From positions 9,463 to 73,462 of the forward strand of contig CASDWJ010000005.1 in assembly GCA_949284695.1 (NCBI GenBank): 64,000 nucleotides of DNA. Direction: 5' to 3'. The stretch comes from an uncultured Christensenella sp. (lineage in GTDB: Bacteria > Bacillota > Clostridia > Christensenellales > UBA3700). Below, piece after piece: positions 18,694-28,240 of the stretch (positions are counted from its first letter, which is position 1; the number at the start of each line of letters is the position of its first letter). Under the pieces are notes generated by a model. The model had not been told where the DNA came from. It was given only the letters and a program-made list of their open reading frames with translations, and searched no databases. Made by a program: the position numbers and the translations under genes.

Positions 18694-18722
18694 TTGCCAA
18701 AGGCGCGTAATAATGATAAACT
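18694..18722 (+). promoter_or_regulatory. Sigma-A promoter with extended -10, upstream of rplS
   Basis: TTGCCA (18694-18699), 17 nt, TGaTAAACT (-10 at 18717-18722). Confidence 0.5.
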
Positions 18723-18804
18723 ATTTAAGCAAAAAAGACTTCGGGCGTTCCTCCGCACAAAAAAATCTTTAGACGCGAACGCTTGGTTATGGAGGTAAAG
18801 TCAA
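18723..18804 (+). promoter_or_regulatory. rplS 5' leader with an anti-SD element; possible L19 autoregulatory leader
   Basis: TTCCTCC (18748-18754) is complementary to the rplS SD GGAGG (18791-18795). L19 leaders are known in Bacillota, but I could not check the covariance model. Confidence 0.35.
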
Positions 18805-19149
18805 ATGAATATCGTAGACATAATTGAAAAAGAAGCAATGAAGACCAATCTTCCTCAGCTCAGCATCGGCGACACCGTCAAAGTGTGGGTCAAGGTCGTA
18901 GAAGGCAACAGAGAGAGACTTCAGGCGTTTGAAGGCATCATCATCGCGTTCAAGAACGGCAGCGTCAGAGAGACGTTCACCGTCCGTCGTCTTTCTTTCG
19001 GCGTAGGCGTGGAGAGAACTTTCCCCCTTCATTCGCCCAAGATCGACCACATCGACATTGTTCGTCACGGTAAGGTCAGGAGAGCGAAGCTGTACTACCT
19101 GCGCGACCGCGTCGGCAAGGCTGCAAGACTCAAAGAGGTCATCAAGTAA
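18805..19149 (+). CDS. rplS: 50S ribosomal protein L19
   Basis: 114 aa, [44 protein letters not shown]... Confidence 0.95.
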   Translation: MNIVDIIEKEAMKTNLPQLSIGDTVKVWVKVVEGNRERLQAFEGIIIAFKNGSVRETFTVRRLSFGVGVERTFPLHSPKIDHIDIVRHGKVRRAKLYYLRDRVGKAARLKEVIK

Positions 19150-19163
19150 GAATAGAAACGTCG

Positions 19164-19192
19164 CCGCTCTGCGAAAGCAGGGCGGTTTTTTT
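19164..19192 (+). terminator. Rho-independent terminator after rplS
   Basis: CCGCTCTGC-GAAA-GCAGGGCGG (one mismatch) followed by T7. Confidence 0.7.
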
Positions 19193-19466
19193 ATGCTTTT
19201 TTGCTTACGTCAAGGTTGCGTGTGCAGTCGCTGATGCCGTCCGTTTGAGTCCGAGGGAGAAGATGATTCTGACGAGGTTAAAAGACGGCACGGAACTCAT
19301 CGGTTTCGGAGAGAAACGGAGATGCTCGTCTGGTATAGTCTGCAGAAACATTGCGGCGGTCGTGAAAGAATACGCAGAAACAGCCTGACGAAAACAGGTG
19401 TCGGACATCTGTGACAAAAAAGCTCCCTTTATATATAATAAAATTAATAAAAAATTTTAATAATAC

Positions 19467-19495
19467 TTGTCAAACGGGAGATTATCATTTATTAT
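19467..19495 (+). promoter_or_regulatory. Candidate promoter of the 717-aa membrane protein gene, in a strongly AT-rich tract
   Basis: TTGTCA (19467-19472), 17 nt, TATTAT (19490-19495). An A/T-rich, UP-like stretch lies at 19420-19466. Confidence 0.4.
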
Positions 19496-19528
19496 TATAC
19501 TTGACTATCCATATTCGGGAGAAAAAAT

Positions 19529-21682
19529 ATGAAAAAGAAAATTCTGATCGTCGCTTTGCTGATCGCGCTCGTTTGCGTGGCGCTGGCTGCTTGCGACGGT
19601 AAAACCGAAGATTTCAGCGAAACTGTCATAAACGGTTCGTTTGAGAACGTCTCGGACAATACTGTCACGAACTGGACAAAATCCAGCGGAAGTTCGATCT
19701 CGTTTAAGACGGACAACGACGCTCAGGCGTCCGAGTACGATCCCAACCTCGGCAAGCGTTATGCGTATATCGAGAAGAGCAGTTCTTCGGCGACTTACGA
19801 TTATCTGTATCAGACGGTCACACTCGAGAAGAACCAGCTTTACCGTCTCAGCGTGTACGCCAACGTCAGCTCGATACAGACCAACAGTGTTTCCGGTTTT
19901 TACGTCGGTTTCGAGGAAGATCTCAACTACAGCGGTATCAGCATAAAGACTACCGGCGACGGATATCAGACTTATGAAGTCTATTTCCGTTCTACCGCGA
20001 GCGGCGACTTCAAGCTGACGGTCGGTCTCGGCAACGCCAAAGGAACGTCGTACGGCACGGTAGCGTTTGACAACGTATCGCTTGTTCCCGTGGATTCGGT
20101 GCCGTCCTCCTATGAAGGAGAAGTGGGCGTGATGAGAACGAGCGCGGACTACACTCTGTCGAACGGCGGTTCTACGACGTTTGTGGTGCTGGGCACGATA
20201 TTCACGCTTGCGCTCGCTTATGCGGCGTTCATGCTGATAAGAAAGTTTACAAAACCCGAAAGCAATTTCGATCCCGAGGGCGGCAAGCCGCAGATGAGCA
20301 ATAAATATTTCCTCATCTTCGTCGGCGCGATCGTCGTCGGATTCGTGATAAGGTTCGTAATTCTGTTGTGCAATTACGGTATGGGCAGTCAGATAGATTC
20401 TCTCGCTACGGCGGCGCTCGCTTATGCCGACGCAGGCGTATCGACGGCGTTTACGAGCACTACGACCGCCAACTATCCCGCAGGCGTTGTCTACGTGCTT
20501 TGGGGTCTCGGCAAGATCGCGAGACTTATGGGCGTCGAGAGCGGATCTACGGGTATGTCCATGCTGATGAGAATGCCCACTGTCATAGCGGATCTGATAT
20601 TGTGCTATACGATAGCTTCTTTCGCGTTTGCAGAGAGAGAGGACGAAAAGAGCGCCGTGGTATTCGGCTGGATATACGCGATATTCCCCGTTTTCTTTAC
20701 GTTCGGCGCAATGTACGGCGCGTACGAGACGATAGCGATCGTGTTCCTCGTGCTGACGCTTGTTTCCATGCTCGACAAGAACTATATCGCCTGCGGTATA
20801 TTCTACGTGTTTGCGATTCTGTTCAGTTACTATTCGCTGCTCGTGCTTCCCGTGATTCTCGTGTTCGAGGTCGTTGCGCTGATAAAGGCGATAGACGTGA
20901 CGTCCAAGAGCGGTGAAGTCTCGGATATAGCGGCGGCAAAGAAAAACATAATCACCATAGTATGCACGATGGTGGGAGGATTTATATTCTACTACGTCGT
21001 GACCCTGCCGATGTGCTTGTCCAATATCAGGACCGGCAACGTGTTCTATTGCTTCAAGCAGATATATGCGTTCTTCAAAACTAGCGCACTTGTCAATATC
21101 GACACGTTCAACCTTTACGGCATATTCGGTGCGGCAAATTCGACTTCGCGCAATACGCTTCTCGAGGTTTGCAACTGGCTGTTCGTTATCGGCATGGCGG
21201 TTGCGACGGCGGTAGCTTATTACAGGAGCAACGACCGTTCCGATCTCGTGCTGATGGCGGCGGCGACGTTGGCGCTCTATTCGGCGCTCGGCGCGCAGGC
21301 GACCGTAGTCACGATGCCGATCGCGCTCGTGCTTATGCTGGTCTATCTAGCGATGGTGCCCGACAGGAGAGTGTTCGCGATATTCGGCGGATTCTCGGCG
21401 CTGTCCTTCCTCAATATCGCAGAGCTGATATCGAGGAGCGGATTCCTCGGAGACCATACCGAGGCAGGATATCTCGCGTTCTATTCCAAGAGCCCCGTTA
21501 TGATAATATTCAGCATAGTTGCGGTGGCGCTCGCTTTGTGGCTTGTCTACGTCGTGGCAGATATCTGCTTCTACGGCAATACAAAAGAGGCAAGACCTAT
21601 ATACGGCAAGATGACTGACGAGATAAAGGATACCTTCACGCTGCGCACTCTCAGAGAGCGCTTTGCGAGAAGAAAGAAATAA
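19529..21682 (+). CDS. Lipobox-anchored beta-sandwich (CBM-like) domain fused to a polytopic GT-C-type putative glycosyltransferase
   Basis: 717 aa with signal and lipobox MKKKILIVALLIALVCVALAAC. Residues about 30-190 (INGSFENVSDNTVTNWTK...YRLSVYANV...GTVAFDNVSL) look like a CBM4_9-type sandwich. At least 10 TM helices follow. The first loop (GSQIDSLATAALAYADAG...ANYPAGVVYVLW) resembles those of GT39/DUF2029/Gpi18-like GT-C enzymes. Confidence 0.55.
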   Translation: MKKKILIVALLIALVCVALAACDGKTEDFSETVINGSFENVSDNTVTNWTKSSGSSISFKTDNDAQASEYDPNLGKRYAYIEKSSSSATYDYLYQTVTLEKNQLYRLSVYANVSSIQTNSVSGFYVGFEEDLNYSGISIKTTGDGYQTYEVYFRSTASGDFKLTVGLGNAKGTSYGTVAFDNVSLVPVDSVPSSYEGEVGVMRTSADYTLSNGGSTTFVVLGTIFTLALAYAAFMLIRKFTKPESNFDPEGGKPQMSNKYFLIFVGAIVVGFVIRFVILLCNYGMGSQIDSLATAALAYADAGVSTAFTSTTTANYPAGVVYVLWGLGKIARLMGVESGSTGMSMLMRMPTVIADLILCYTIASFAFAEREDEKSAVVFGWIYAIFPVFFTFGAMYGAYETIAIVFLVLTLVSMLDKNYIACGIFYVFAILFSYYSLLVLPVILVFEVVALIKAIDVTSKSGEVSDIAAAKKNIITIVCTMVGGFIFYYVVTLPMCLSNIRTGNVFYCFKQIYAFFKTSALVNIDTFNLYGIFGAANSTSRNTLLEVCNWLFVIGMAVATAVAYYRSNDRSDLVLMAAATLALYSALGAQATVVTMPIALVLMLVYLAMVPDRRVFAIFGGFSALSFLNIAELISRSGFLGDHTEAGYLAFYSKSPVMIIFSIVAVALALWLVYVVADICFYGNTKEARPIYGKMTDEIKDTFTLRTLRERFARRKK

Positions 21683-21700
21683 GACGACGCGGGGGGAGAT

Positions 21701-23233
21701 ATGCTGGCAAAGGTTGCGAGTTATGCGCTGAACGGACTTGAGGGGTTCGACGTCGCCGTAGAGGTGGACGTCAATGCGGGATTGCCCGCCTACGAGGTGG
21801 TCGGTCTTGCGGATACCGCAGTCAAGGAGTCGCGCGAAAGGGTCAGAGCGGCGATCAAAAATTCGCTTCTCGATTATCCGATAAAAAAAATCACGGTCAA
21901 CCTTGCTCCTGCCGACAGTAAGAAAGAAGGCAGTATCTACGATCTGCCTATCGCGGTCGGAATACTTGCGGCGACAGAGCAGCTCCCCGTGCATTCGTAC
22001 AAGCCGTACGTCGTGGTCGGAGAACTATCCCTCGACGGAAGCATACGACATGTAAAAGGACTGATGCCGATACTTCTCTCGGCAATGCAGAACGGACACA
22101 CGCGTTTTATCGTGCCCGAAGCGAACGCGAAAGAGGCGTCTTACGTATCGGGGATAGAGGTGTACGCGTTCTCCTCGCTCAAAGAAGTCGCGGGATTTCT
22201 GTCCGGAGAAAAAGAGGCTTCTCCCGTGCCTACGACCACGTTCAGCGCGCAGAAGGCGGACAATAAATACAACGTAGATTTCAGCGAGGTCAAAGGACAG
22301 GTCTTTGCAAGACGCGCGATGGAGATCGCTGTGGCGGGCGGACACAATATCCTGATGATAGGACCTCCCGGCGCAGGCAAAACGCTTATGGCGAAATGCG
22401 TGCCGACGATAATGCCCGACATGACTTTTGAGGAAGCGGTCGAAGTGACGAAGATACACTCGGTCGCAGGTATACTCGACGCCGGCAAGGGCATAGTTAC
22501 GGCAAGACCTTTCCGCACTCCGCACCATACGGTGACAGTTCCCGCGCTTATGGGCGGCGGCGCAAAGGCGAAGCCGGGCGAGGTGAGTATGGCGCACAAC
22601 GGCGTGCTTTTTCTTGACGAGATGCCGGAGTATCAGAGACAGACGCTGGAAAGTCTGCGTCAGCCGCTCGAGGACGGCGTGGTGACCGTATCGCGTGCAA
22701 AACAGTCGCTCGACTATCCCGCCAAGTTTATGCTCGTCGCGAGCATGAACCCGTGCCCGTGCGGCAACTACGGCAGCAAGACTCAGCAATGCAGATGCAC
22801 GGCGTCGGAGATAAGGAGATACGTCTCGAGGCTCTCGGGACCCCTTCTCGACAGGATAGACCTGCAAGTGGAAGTGGACGGCATAAGTTACGAAGAACTG
22901 CGTTTCGCTCCTCCGTCCGAGGACAGCGCGACGATAAAGGCGCGCGTCGAAAAGGCGAGAGCGGTACAAAGAGAAAGATACAAGGGCAGCGGCGTGCATA
23001 CCAACGCGCAGATGACCAACGCGCAGATGAAAAAGTATTGCGCGCTTTCACCCGAATGCGAAAAGATACTCGAAGCGGCTTTTAAAAAACTCAACATGAC
23101 CGCGAGAGCAAGCACGAGGGTGCTCAAGGTGGCGCGGACGATCGCAGATCTCGAAGGTTGTGCAGACATACAGGTCAGACATATCACAGAGGCGGTGCAA
23201 TACCGTTCTCTTGACAGAAAATACTGGGAATAA
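21701..23233 (+). CDS. comM: YifB/ComM family Mg-chelatase-like ATPase
   Basis: 510 aa. MLAKVASYALNGLEGFDVAVEVDV..., Walker A GPPGAGKT, and a conserved C-terminus. Confidence 0.9.
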   Translation: MLAKVASYALNGLEGFDVAVEVDVNAGLPAYEVVGLADTAVKESRERVRAAIKNSLLDYPIKKITVNLAPADSKKEGSIYDLPIAVGILAATEQLPVHSYKPYVVVGELSLDGSIRHVKGLMPILLSAMQNGHTRFIVPEANAKEASYVSGIEVYAFSSLKEVAGFLSGEKEASPVPTTTFSAQKADNKYNVDFSEVKGQVFARRAMEIAVAGGHNILMIGPPGAGKTLMAKCVPTIMPDMTFEEAVEVTKIHSVAGILDAGKGIVTARPFRTPHHTVTVPALMGGGAKAKPGEVSMAHNGVLFLDEMPEYQRQTLESLRQPLEDGVVTVSRAKQSLDYPAKFMLVASMNPCPCGNYGSKTQQCRCTASEIRRYVSRLSGPLLDRIDLQVEVDGISYEELRFAPPSEDSATIKARVEKARAVQRERYKGSGVHTNAQMTNAQMKKYCALSPECEKILEAAFKKLNMTARASTRVLKVARTIADLEGCADIQVRHITEAVQYRSLDRKYWE

Positions 23234-23242
23234 GCGGAAGAT

Positions 23243-24265
23243 ATGAATTACAGCGACGACGACAAGGCACTGATAATGCTGTCATACGAAAGTCAATATC
23301 AGAAAAGGCGCTCCGCCCTCGACGGGGTCGACAGCCCACGACAGCTTTACAGAAGTTATGCTCATGCCGACGTCACTATCGAGGAGATGAATAAGAAAGG
23401 AATCGTCGCGGTGACGCTCGGCTCGGATAACTATCCGTCCGAACTCGCGAACATATACGATCCGCCTCTCGTGTTATTCTGCAAAGGAGACCTGTCGCTG
23501 TTGTCGGACGACGTGAGAAAACTTGCGGTCGTGGGTACTCGCAGGATAACGAGGTACGGCAAGGATGTGACGAGAGAATTCGTCTCGGCTTTCGCAAAAG
23601 CCGACGTTTGCGTGGTAAGCGGACTTGCCCGAGGCGTGGACAGCGCGGCTCACAAGGCGGCTCTTGACGAAGGCGGCAAGACGATCGCCGTGCTCGGTTG
23701 CGGAGCAGACGTCGTGTATCCGCCCGAAAACGCGGAACTGTACGATGAGATCGCCGCGAAAGGACTGATAATAAGCGAATATCCGCCGGGAACGCCTCCG
23801 CACGCATTCCGCTTCCCGGAAAGGAACAGGATAATCAGCGGCATAAGCAAGGGTGTGCTGGTTACAGAAGCGGGCGCAGGCAGCGGATCTATGATCACCG
23901 CCGATACGGCGATCGAACAGGGAAAAGACCTTTTCGTCGTGCCGGGCAGTATATTTTCCGAGACCAGCCGCGGTTGCAACGACAAGATAAAAGAATTGCA
24001 GGCGGCGGCTGTCACGAGACCCGAGGACATCATCGGAACGGAAGAAAAGAGAGCGGACGCAAAGGAACTTGCCGTCCAGCTCACTCTCGAACAGGCGAGG
24101 ATAATATCCTTTCTTGAAGAATGCGAGAGCGCGCATTTCAGCGAGCTTCTCGAAAAGAGCGGACTTACCGTCAACGAATTGACGGCGCTGTTGTCCGAAA
24201 TGGAAATTTACGGTTTTGTAAACAAGCTCAGCGGCAATTACTATTCGCTCGCGGGCAGGCTTTAA
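23243..24265 (+). CDS. dprA: DNA processing protein DprA (Smf)
   Basis: 340 aa. ...VVGTRRITRYGK...VSGLARGVDSAAH...PPGTPPHAFRFPERNRIISG... is DprA-typical. Confidence 0.9.
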   Translation: MNYSDDDKALIMLSYESQYQKRRSALDGVDSPRQLYRSYAHADVTIEEMNKKGIVAVTLGSDNYPSELANIYDPPLVLFCKGDLSLLSDDVRKLAVVGTRRITRYGKDVTREFVSAFAKADVCVVSGLARGVDSAAHKAALDEGGKTIAVLGCGADVVYPPENAELYDEIAAKGLIISEYPPGTPPHAFRFPERNRIISGISKGVLVTEAGAGSGSMITADTAIEQGKDLFVVPGSIFSETSRGCNDKIKELQAAAVTRPEDIIGTEEKRADAKELAVQLTLEQARIISFLEECESAHFSELLEKSGLTVNELTALLSEMEIYGFVNKLSGNYYSLAGRL

Positions 24266-24274
24266 GGAGTAAGA

Positions 24275-26392
24275 ATGAAACTTGTAATAGTAGAGTCGCC
24301 TTCCAAGGCAAAGACGATCACAAAATATCTGGGTCAGGGATTCAGGGTCATAGCGTCGGGCGGTCACGTCAGCGACCTGCCGCAGAAAAGTCTGGGCATC
24401 GACGTCAACAACAACTACAAGCCCGAGTACGTTATAACCCCGTCTAAAGAGGAAACGATTAGGCGCATAAAGAGCGAACTCGCCAAATGCGACAAGGTCT
24501 ATCTCGCGACCGACCCCGACCGCGAAGGAGAGGCGATAAGCTGGCATCTTGCCAACGTGTGCGGCATCCAGGATACCAACGTCCGCATAGTATTCAACGA
24601 GATATCCAAAAAAGCGGTCAACGCCGCGATAGAAAATCCGCACGGGATAAATATGAACCTCGTCAACGCTCAGCAGGCGCGCCGCGTACTCGACCGTCTT
24701 GTCGGATACGAGCTTTCACCGGTCATATCGCGCAAGGTCAAAGGCGCGATGAGCGCGGGCAGAGTTCAGTCCGTCGCACTCAAGATGATAGTACAGAGAG
24801 AGCGCGAGATCCGCGATTTCAAACCCGAAGAATACTGGAATATCTACGCGTTCCTGCTTCAGGAAGGCAAGAGCACGGTGTTCAAATGCGAGTTTGTCGA
24901 CGTGGACGGTAAAAAATACGAGGCAAAGACAAAAGAGGCGGCTGAAAAGATCGTCAAGGCATCGCAGGAAGGAGTCTGGAGCGTCGATAAGGTCAAGAGA
25001 GTCAATTCTCAGTCAAAGCCACAGCCCCCGTTCACAACTTCCACGATGCAGCAGGACGCGTCGGGCAAACTGTCGCTTTCCGCGCCGCAGGTCATGCAGC
25101 TTGCGCAACAACTTTACGAGGGCGTAGAACTCGGCAGCGAAGGTCAGGTCGCGCTCGTCACCTATATCCGTACCGACAGCGTGCGTATATCGGACGACGC
25201 GCAGAGAGAAGCGCTCAATTTCATCAAGAGTAATTACGGCGAGGATTTTGCGCCAAAACGCCCCAATGTCTACGTTACCAAAAAGGGAGCGCAGGACGCG
25301 CACGAAGCGATAAGACCCATTTCGCTCGACCGCACGCCGGAGTCGATCAAGGACAAAGTGCCGCGCAATATCTACAAGCTGTACAAGCTGATATACGACC
25401 GTTTCGTGGCAAGTCAGATGGCGAACGCGGTCTACGATACGCTCAACGTGCATATAAATTCTCTCAATCCCAACGGGCATACCTGCGGCTATACGCTCAA
25501 GGGCAAAACGCTCATATTCAAGGGTTACCTTGCGGCATACACTCCCGTGACCGACGGCGAGGATGAGAAGGACAGCAAGTCGCTTCCCGATTTCAAAGAG
25601 GGACAGGAGCTTAAACTCAAGGAGATGCAGAGCGAGCAGAAATTTACCAAACCGCCGCTCAGATATACAGATTCCACTCTCGTCAAGGCTATGGAAGAAA
25701 ACGGCATAGGGCGTCCGAGCACATATGCGGCGACTATCACCGTGCTTGCCAAGAGAAAATATACGGACAAAGAGGGCAAGTATATTTTGCCTACGGAACT
25801 GGGAGAGCTTGCCTGCGACTGCCTTTGCAAGTACTTCCCGTATATTATGGACGTCAAATTCACGTCCAACATGGAGAGCGACCTCGACAAGATAGAGGAC
25901 GGCACGACAGAGTGGCAGTCGGTCATAGCAGACTTCTATCCCGGTTTCCACGAGCGCGTGCTCAAAGCGCGCGGCGACAACGTCGGCAAGGTCAAACCAA
26001 AAGAGGAAGTCAGCGACGTAGTGTGCGAAAAGTGCGGCGCGAAGATGGTCGTCAAAGAGGGCAGATACGGCAAGTTCCTCGCTTGTCCCAACTATCCCAA
26101 GTGCAAGAATATCAAGCCGATAGGCGAGTCTGTCGCCAAGTGCCCCAAGTGCGGCGGCGACGTGTTCAAGAGAATATCCAAGAAGGGCAAGGCGTATTAC
26201 GCTTGCGGCAACTATCCCAAATGCGACTTCTATTCGTGGGACGTGCCTGCTCCCGTGTTCTGTCCCGAATGCGGCAGCTATATGAAGATGTTCAAGGACA
26301 AGGCGGGCAACACAAAGTACGTATGCGCGGACAAGGACTGCAAGCACACAGAGATAATCCCTTCCGCAAATTCCGACGGCAATGAGAGTTGA
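24275..26392 (+). CDS. topA: DNA topoisomerase I
   Basis: 705 aa with a Toprim domain (MKLVIVESPSKAKTI), the active-site region, and three C-terminal CxxC zinc ribbons. Confidence 0.97.
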   Translation: MKLVIVESPSKAKTITKYLGQGFRVIASGGHVSDLPQKSLGIDVNNNYKPEYVITPSKEETIRRIKSELAKCDKVYLATDPDREGEAISWHLANVCGIQDTNVRIVFNEISKKAVNAAIENPHGINMNLVNAQQARRVLDRLVGYELSPVISRKVKGAMSAGRVQSVALKMIVQREREIRDFKPEEYWNIYAFLLQEGKSTVFKCEFVDVDGKKYEAKTKEAAEKIVKASQEGVWSVDKVKRVNSQSKPQPPFTTSTMQQDASGKLSLSAPQVMQLAQQLYEGVELGSEGQVALVTYIRTDSVRISDDAQREALNFIKSNYGEDFAPKRPNVYVTKKGAQDAHEAIRPISLDRTPESIKDKVPRNIYKLYKLIYDRFVASQMANAVYDTLNVHINSLNPNGHTCGYTLKGKTLIFKGYLAAYTPVTDGEDEKDSKSLPDFKEGQELKLKEMQSEQKFTKPPLRYTDSTLVKAMEENGIGRPSTYAATITVLAKRKYTDKEGKYILPTELGELACDCLCKYFPYIMDVKFTSNMESDLDKIEDGTTEWQSVIADFYPGFHERVLKARGDNVGKVKPKEEVSDVVCEKCGAKMVVKEGRYGKFLACPNYPKCKNIKPIGESVAKCPKCGGDVFKRISKKGKAYYACGNYPKCDFYSWDVPAPVFCPECGSYMKMFKDKAGNTKYVCADKDCKHTEIIPSANSDGNES

Positions 26393-27704
26393 CGTCGTAG
26401 GCGGAGGTCTTGCGGGAACAGAAGCGGCGTATCAGCTTCTTAAACGCGGCGTCGACGTCGTGATGTACGAAATGCGCGGCACGGGCAGCACCCCCTGTCA
26501 TAAGACCGACAATCTGGCGGAACTGGTGTGCAGCAACAGCCTGAAAAGCGAAGCGGAGGATACGGCAAGCGGACTTCTCAAGGCGGAACTTAAACTTCTC
26601 GACTGTATGTTGCTCAGGTGCGCCGAGGCGAGCAGGGTGCCTGCGGGCGGAGCGCTCGCGGTCGACAGAGAGGAGTTTTCGCGCCTTGCGGAAAGAGAAC
26701 TTTCGGCGTTTGACAACTTCAGGCTGGAGAGGAAAGAAATAACTTCGCTCGACTTTGATTATCCTGTAGTTATCGCCAGCGGACCGCTTACGTCAGACGC
26801 ACTGGCAGACGCGATAGCGCAAAAACTCGGTGCGGAATACCTCGGTTTTTACGATGCCGTAGCCCCCATAGTCGACGCGGAAAGCATAGATTACGATCAC
26901 GCGTTTTTCGCGAGCAGATACGACAAGGGCGACCCCACCGATTATCTCAACTGTCCGCTGACGAAAGAAGAATACGACGCCTTTGTGACAGAACTCGTCA
27001 ACGCTAAAGTAGCGACACTGCACGAGTTTGAAAAACGGGAAATATTCGAGGCGTGCATGCCCGTCGAAGTAATGGCAAAACGCGGCGCGGACACGCTCAG
27101 ATACGGACCGATGCGTCCCGTCGGCATAAGAGACAAGGACGGCAAAAGACCGTATGCGGTAGTACAGCTGAGAAAGGAAAACACCGCGGGATCGACGTAC
27201 AATCTCGTCGGATTCCAGACAAATCTTACTTTCGGAGAGCAGAAAAGAGTGTTCGGCATGATACCCGCGCTCAGGAATGCGGAATTTCTCCGATACGGCG
27301 TGATGCACCGCAACACGTTCCTCAACGCACCCGCCTTGCTGACGCAGGGCTTCCTTCTCAAAGAGGACGCAAAGGTCGCGTTCGCGGGGCAGATGACGGG
27401 CGTCGAGGGCTATGTCGAGAGCATTGCAAGCGGGCTTATCGCCGCGCTCAACATATATGCGGCAGAGACGGGCGAGGACGAGATAATCTTTCCCGATACG
27501 ACGATCTGCGGGCAGTTGCAGAGACATATAGGCAGGGAGTGCGACGACTACCAGCCGATGAACGCCAACTTCGGGCTGCTGCCCCCGATCGGCGAAAAGA
27601 TAAGAGACAAAAAAATGCGCAAAGTCGCGTATTACAAACGCGGCGAGCAGGACATGAAGCGGTTTCTAAACGACCGCAAGATGCTAAAAGGAGGCACAAA
27701 ATGA
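26382..27704 (+). CDS. trmFO: Methylenetetrahydrofolate-tRNA-(uracil54-C5)-methyltransferase TrmFO (Gid)
   Basis: 440 aa. [19 protein letters not shown]...CSNSLK... is TrmFO-typical. Confidence 0.95.
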   Translation: MRVDVVGGGLAGTEAAYQLLKRGVDVVMYEMRGTGSTPCHKTDNLAELVCSNSLKSEAEDTASGLLKAELKLLDCMLLRCAEASRVPAGGALAVDREEFSRLAERELSAFDNFRLERKEITSLDFDYPVVIASGPLTSDALADAIAQKLGAEYLGFYDAVAPIVDAESIDYDHAFFASRYDKGDPTDYLNCPLTKEEYDAFVTELVNAKVATLHEFEKREIFEACMPVEVMAKRGADTLRYGPMRPVGIRDKDGKRPYAVVQLRKENTAGSTYNLVGFQTNLTFGEQKRVFGMIPALRNAEFLRYGVMHRNTFLNAPALLTQGFLLKEDAKVAFAGQMTGVEGYVESIASGLIAALNIYAAETGEDEIIFPDTTICGQLQRHIGRECDDYQPMNANFGLLPPIGEKIRDKKMRKVAYYKRGEQDMKRFLNDRKMLKGGTK

Positions 27705-28240
27705 GTACTGAATTGAGAGGAACCACCATCTGCGCTGTACGCAAGAACGGCAAGATCGCCGTTGCAGGCGACGGACAGGTGACGATGGGCGAAAGCGTTA
27801 TACTCAAAGGCACCGCGAAAAAAGTCAAAAGGATATACGACGACAAGGTAGTGATAGGCTTTGCAGGCTCGGTGTCCGACGCGTTCACGCTCAGCGAAAA
27901 GTTTGAAAAAATGTTGCAGAAATATTCGGGAAATCTTATGAGGAGCGCGGTCGAACTCGCGGAACTGTGGAGAAACGACAAGCTCCCGAGACGTCTCGAA
28001 GCGATGATGATAATCGCAGATAAGGACGAGCTTTATATCGTGTCGGGCAGCGGCGACGTGATAGATCCCGACGGCGACGCGTGCGCGATCGGCTCGGGCG
28101 GCAATTATGCTCTTGCGGCGGCGAGAGCGCTTCTCAAGGAGACCGATCTGCCCGCAAAGGACATCGCTTACAAGGCGCTGAAGATCGCAAGCGAACTTTG
28201 CGTATTCACCAACGACAATATCACGGTCGAGGAGGTATGA
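27701..28240 (+). CDS. hslV: ATP-dependent protease subunit HslV (ClpQ)
   Basis: I place the start at ATG 27701 inside the longer track ORF, after AAAGGAGG and with an ATGA overlap with trm[30 protein letters not shown]... is an HslV N-terminus. Confidence 0.93.
   Translation: MSTELRGTTICAVRKNGKIAVAGDGQVTMGESVILKGTAKKVKRIYDDKVVIGFAGSVSDAFTLSEKFEKMLQKYSGNLMRSAVELAELWRNDKLPRRLEAMMIIADKDELYIVSGSGDVIDPDGDACAIGSGGNYALAAARALLKETDLPAKDIAYKALKIASELCVFTNDNITVEEV

Noticed and set aside
19263-19388. A 41-aa ORF (MILTRLKDGTELIGFGEKRRCSSGIVCRNIAAVVKEYAETA) in the spacer between the rplS terminator and the GT-C gene. GAGGGAG lies upstream.
   Set aside because: There is no recognisable family or predicted signal/TM. 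The SD-to-ATG spacing is short. It uses TTA, which is otherwise avoided here. It cannot be supported from sequence alone. The overlapping minus-strand ORF 19205-19417 is equally unsupported.
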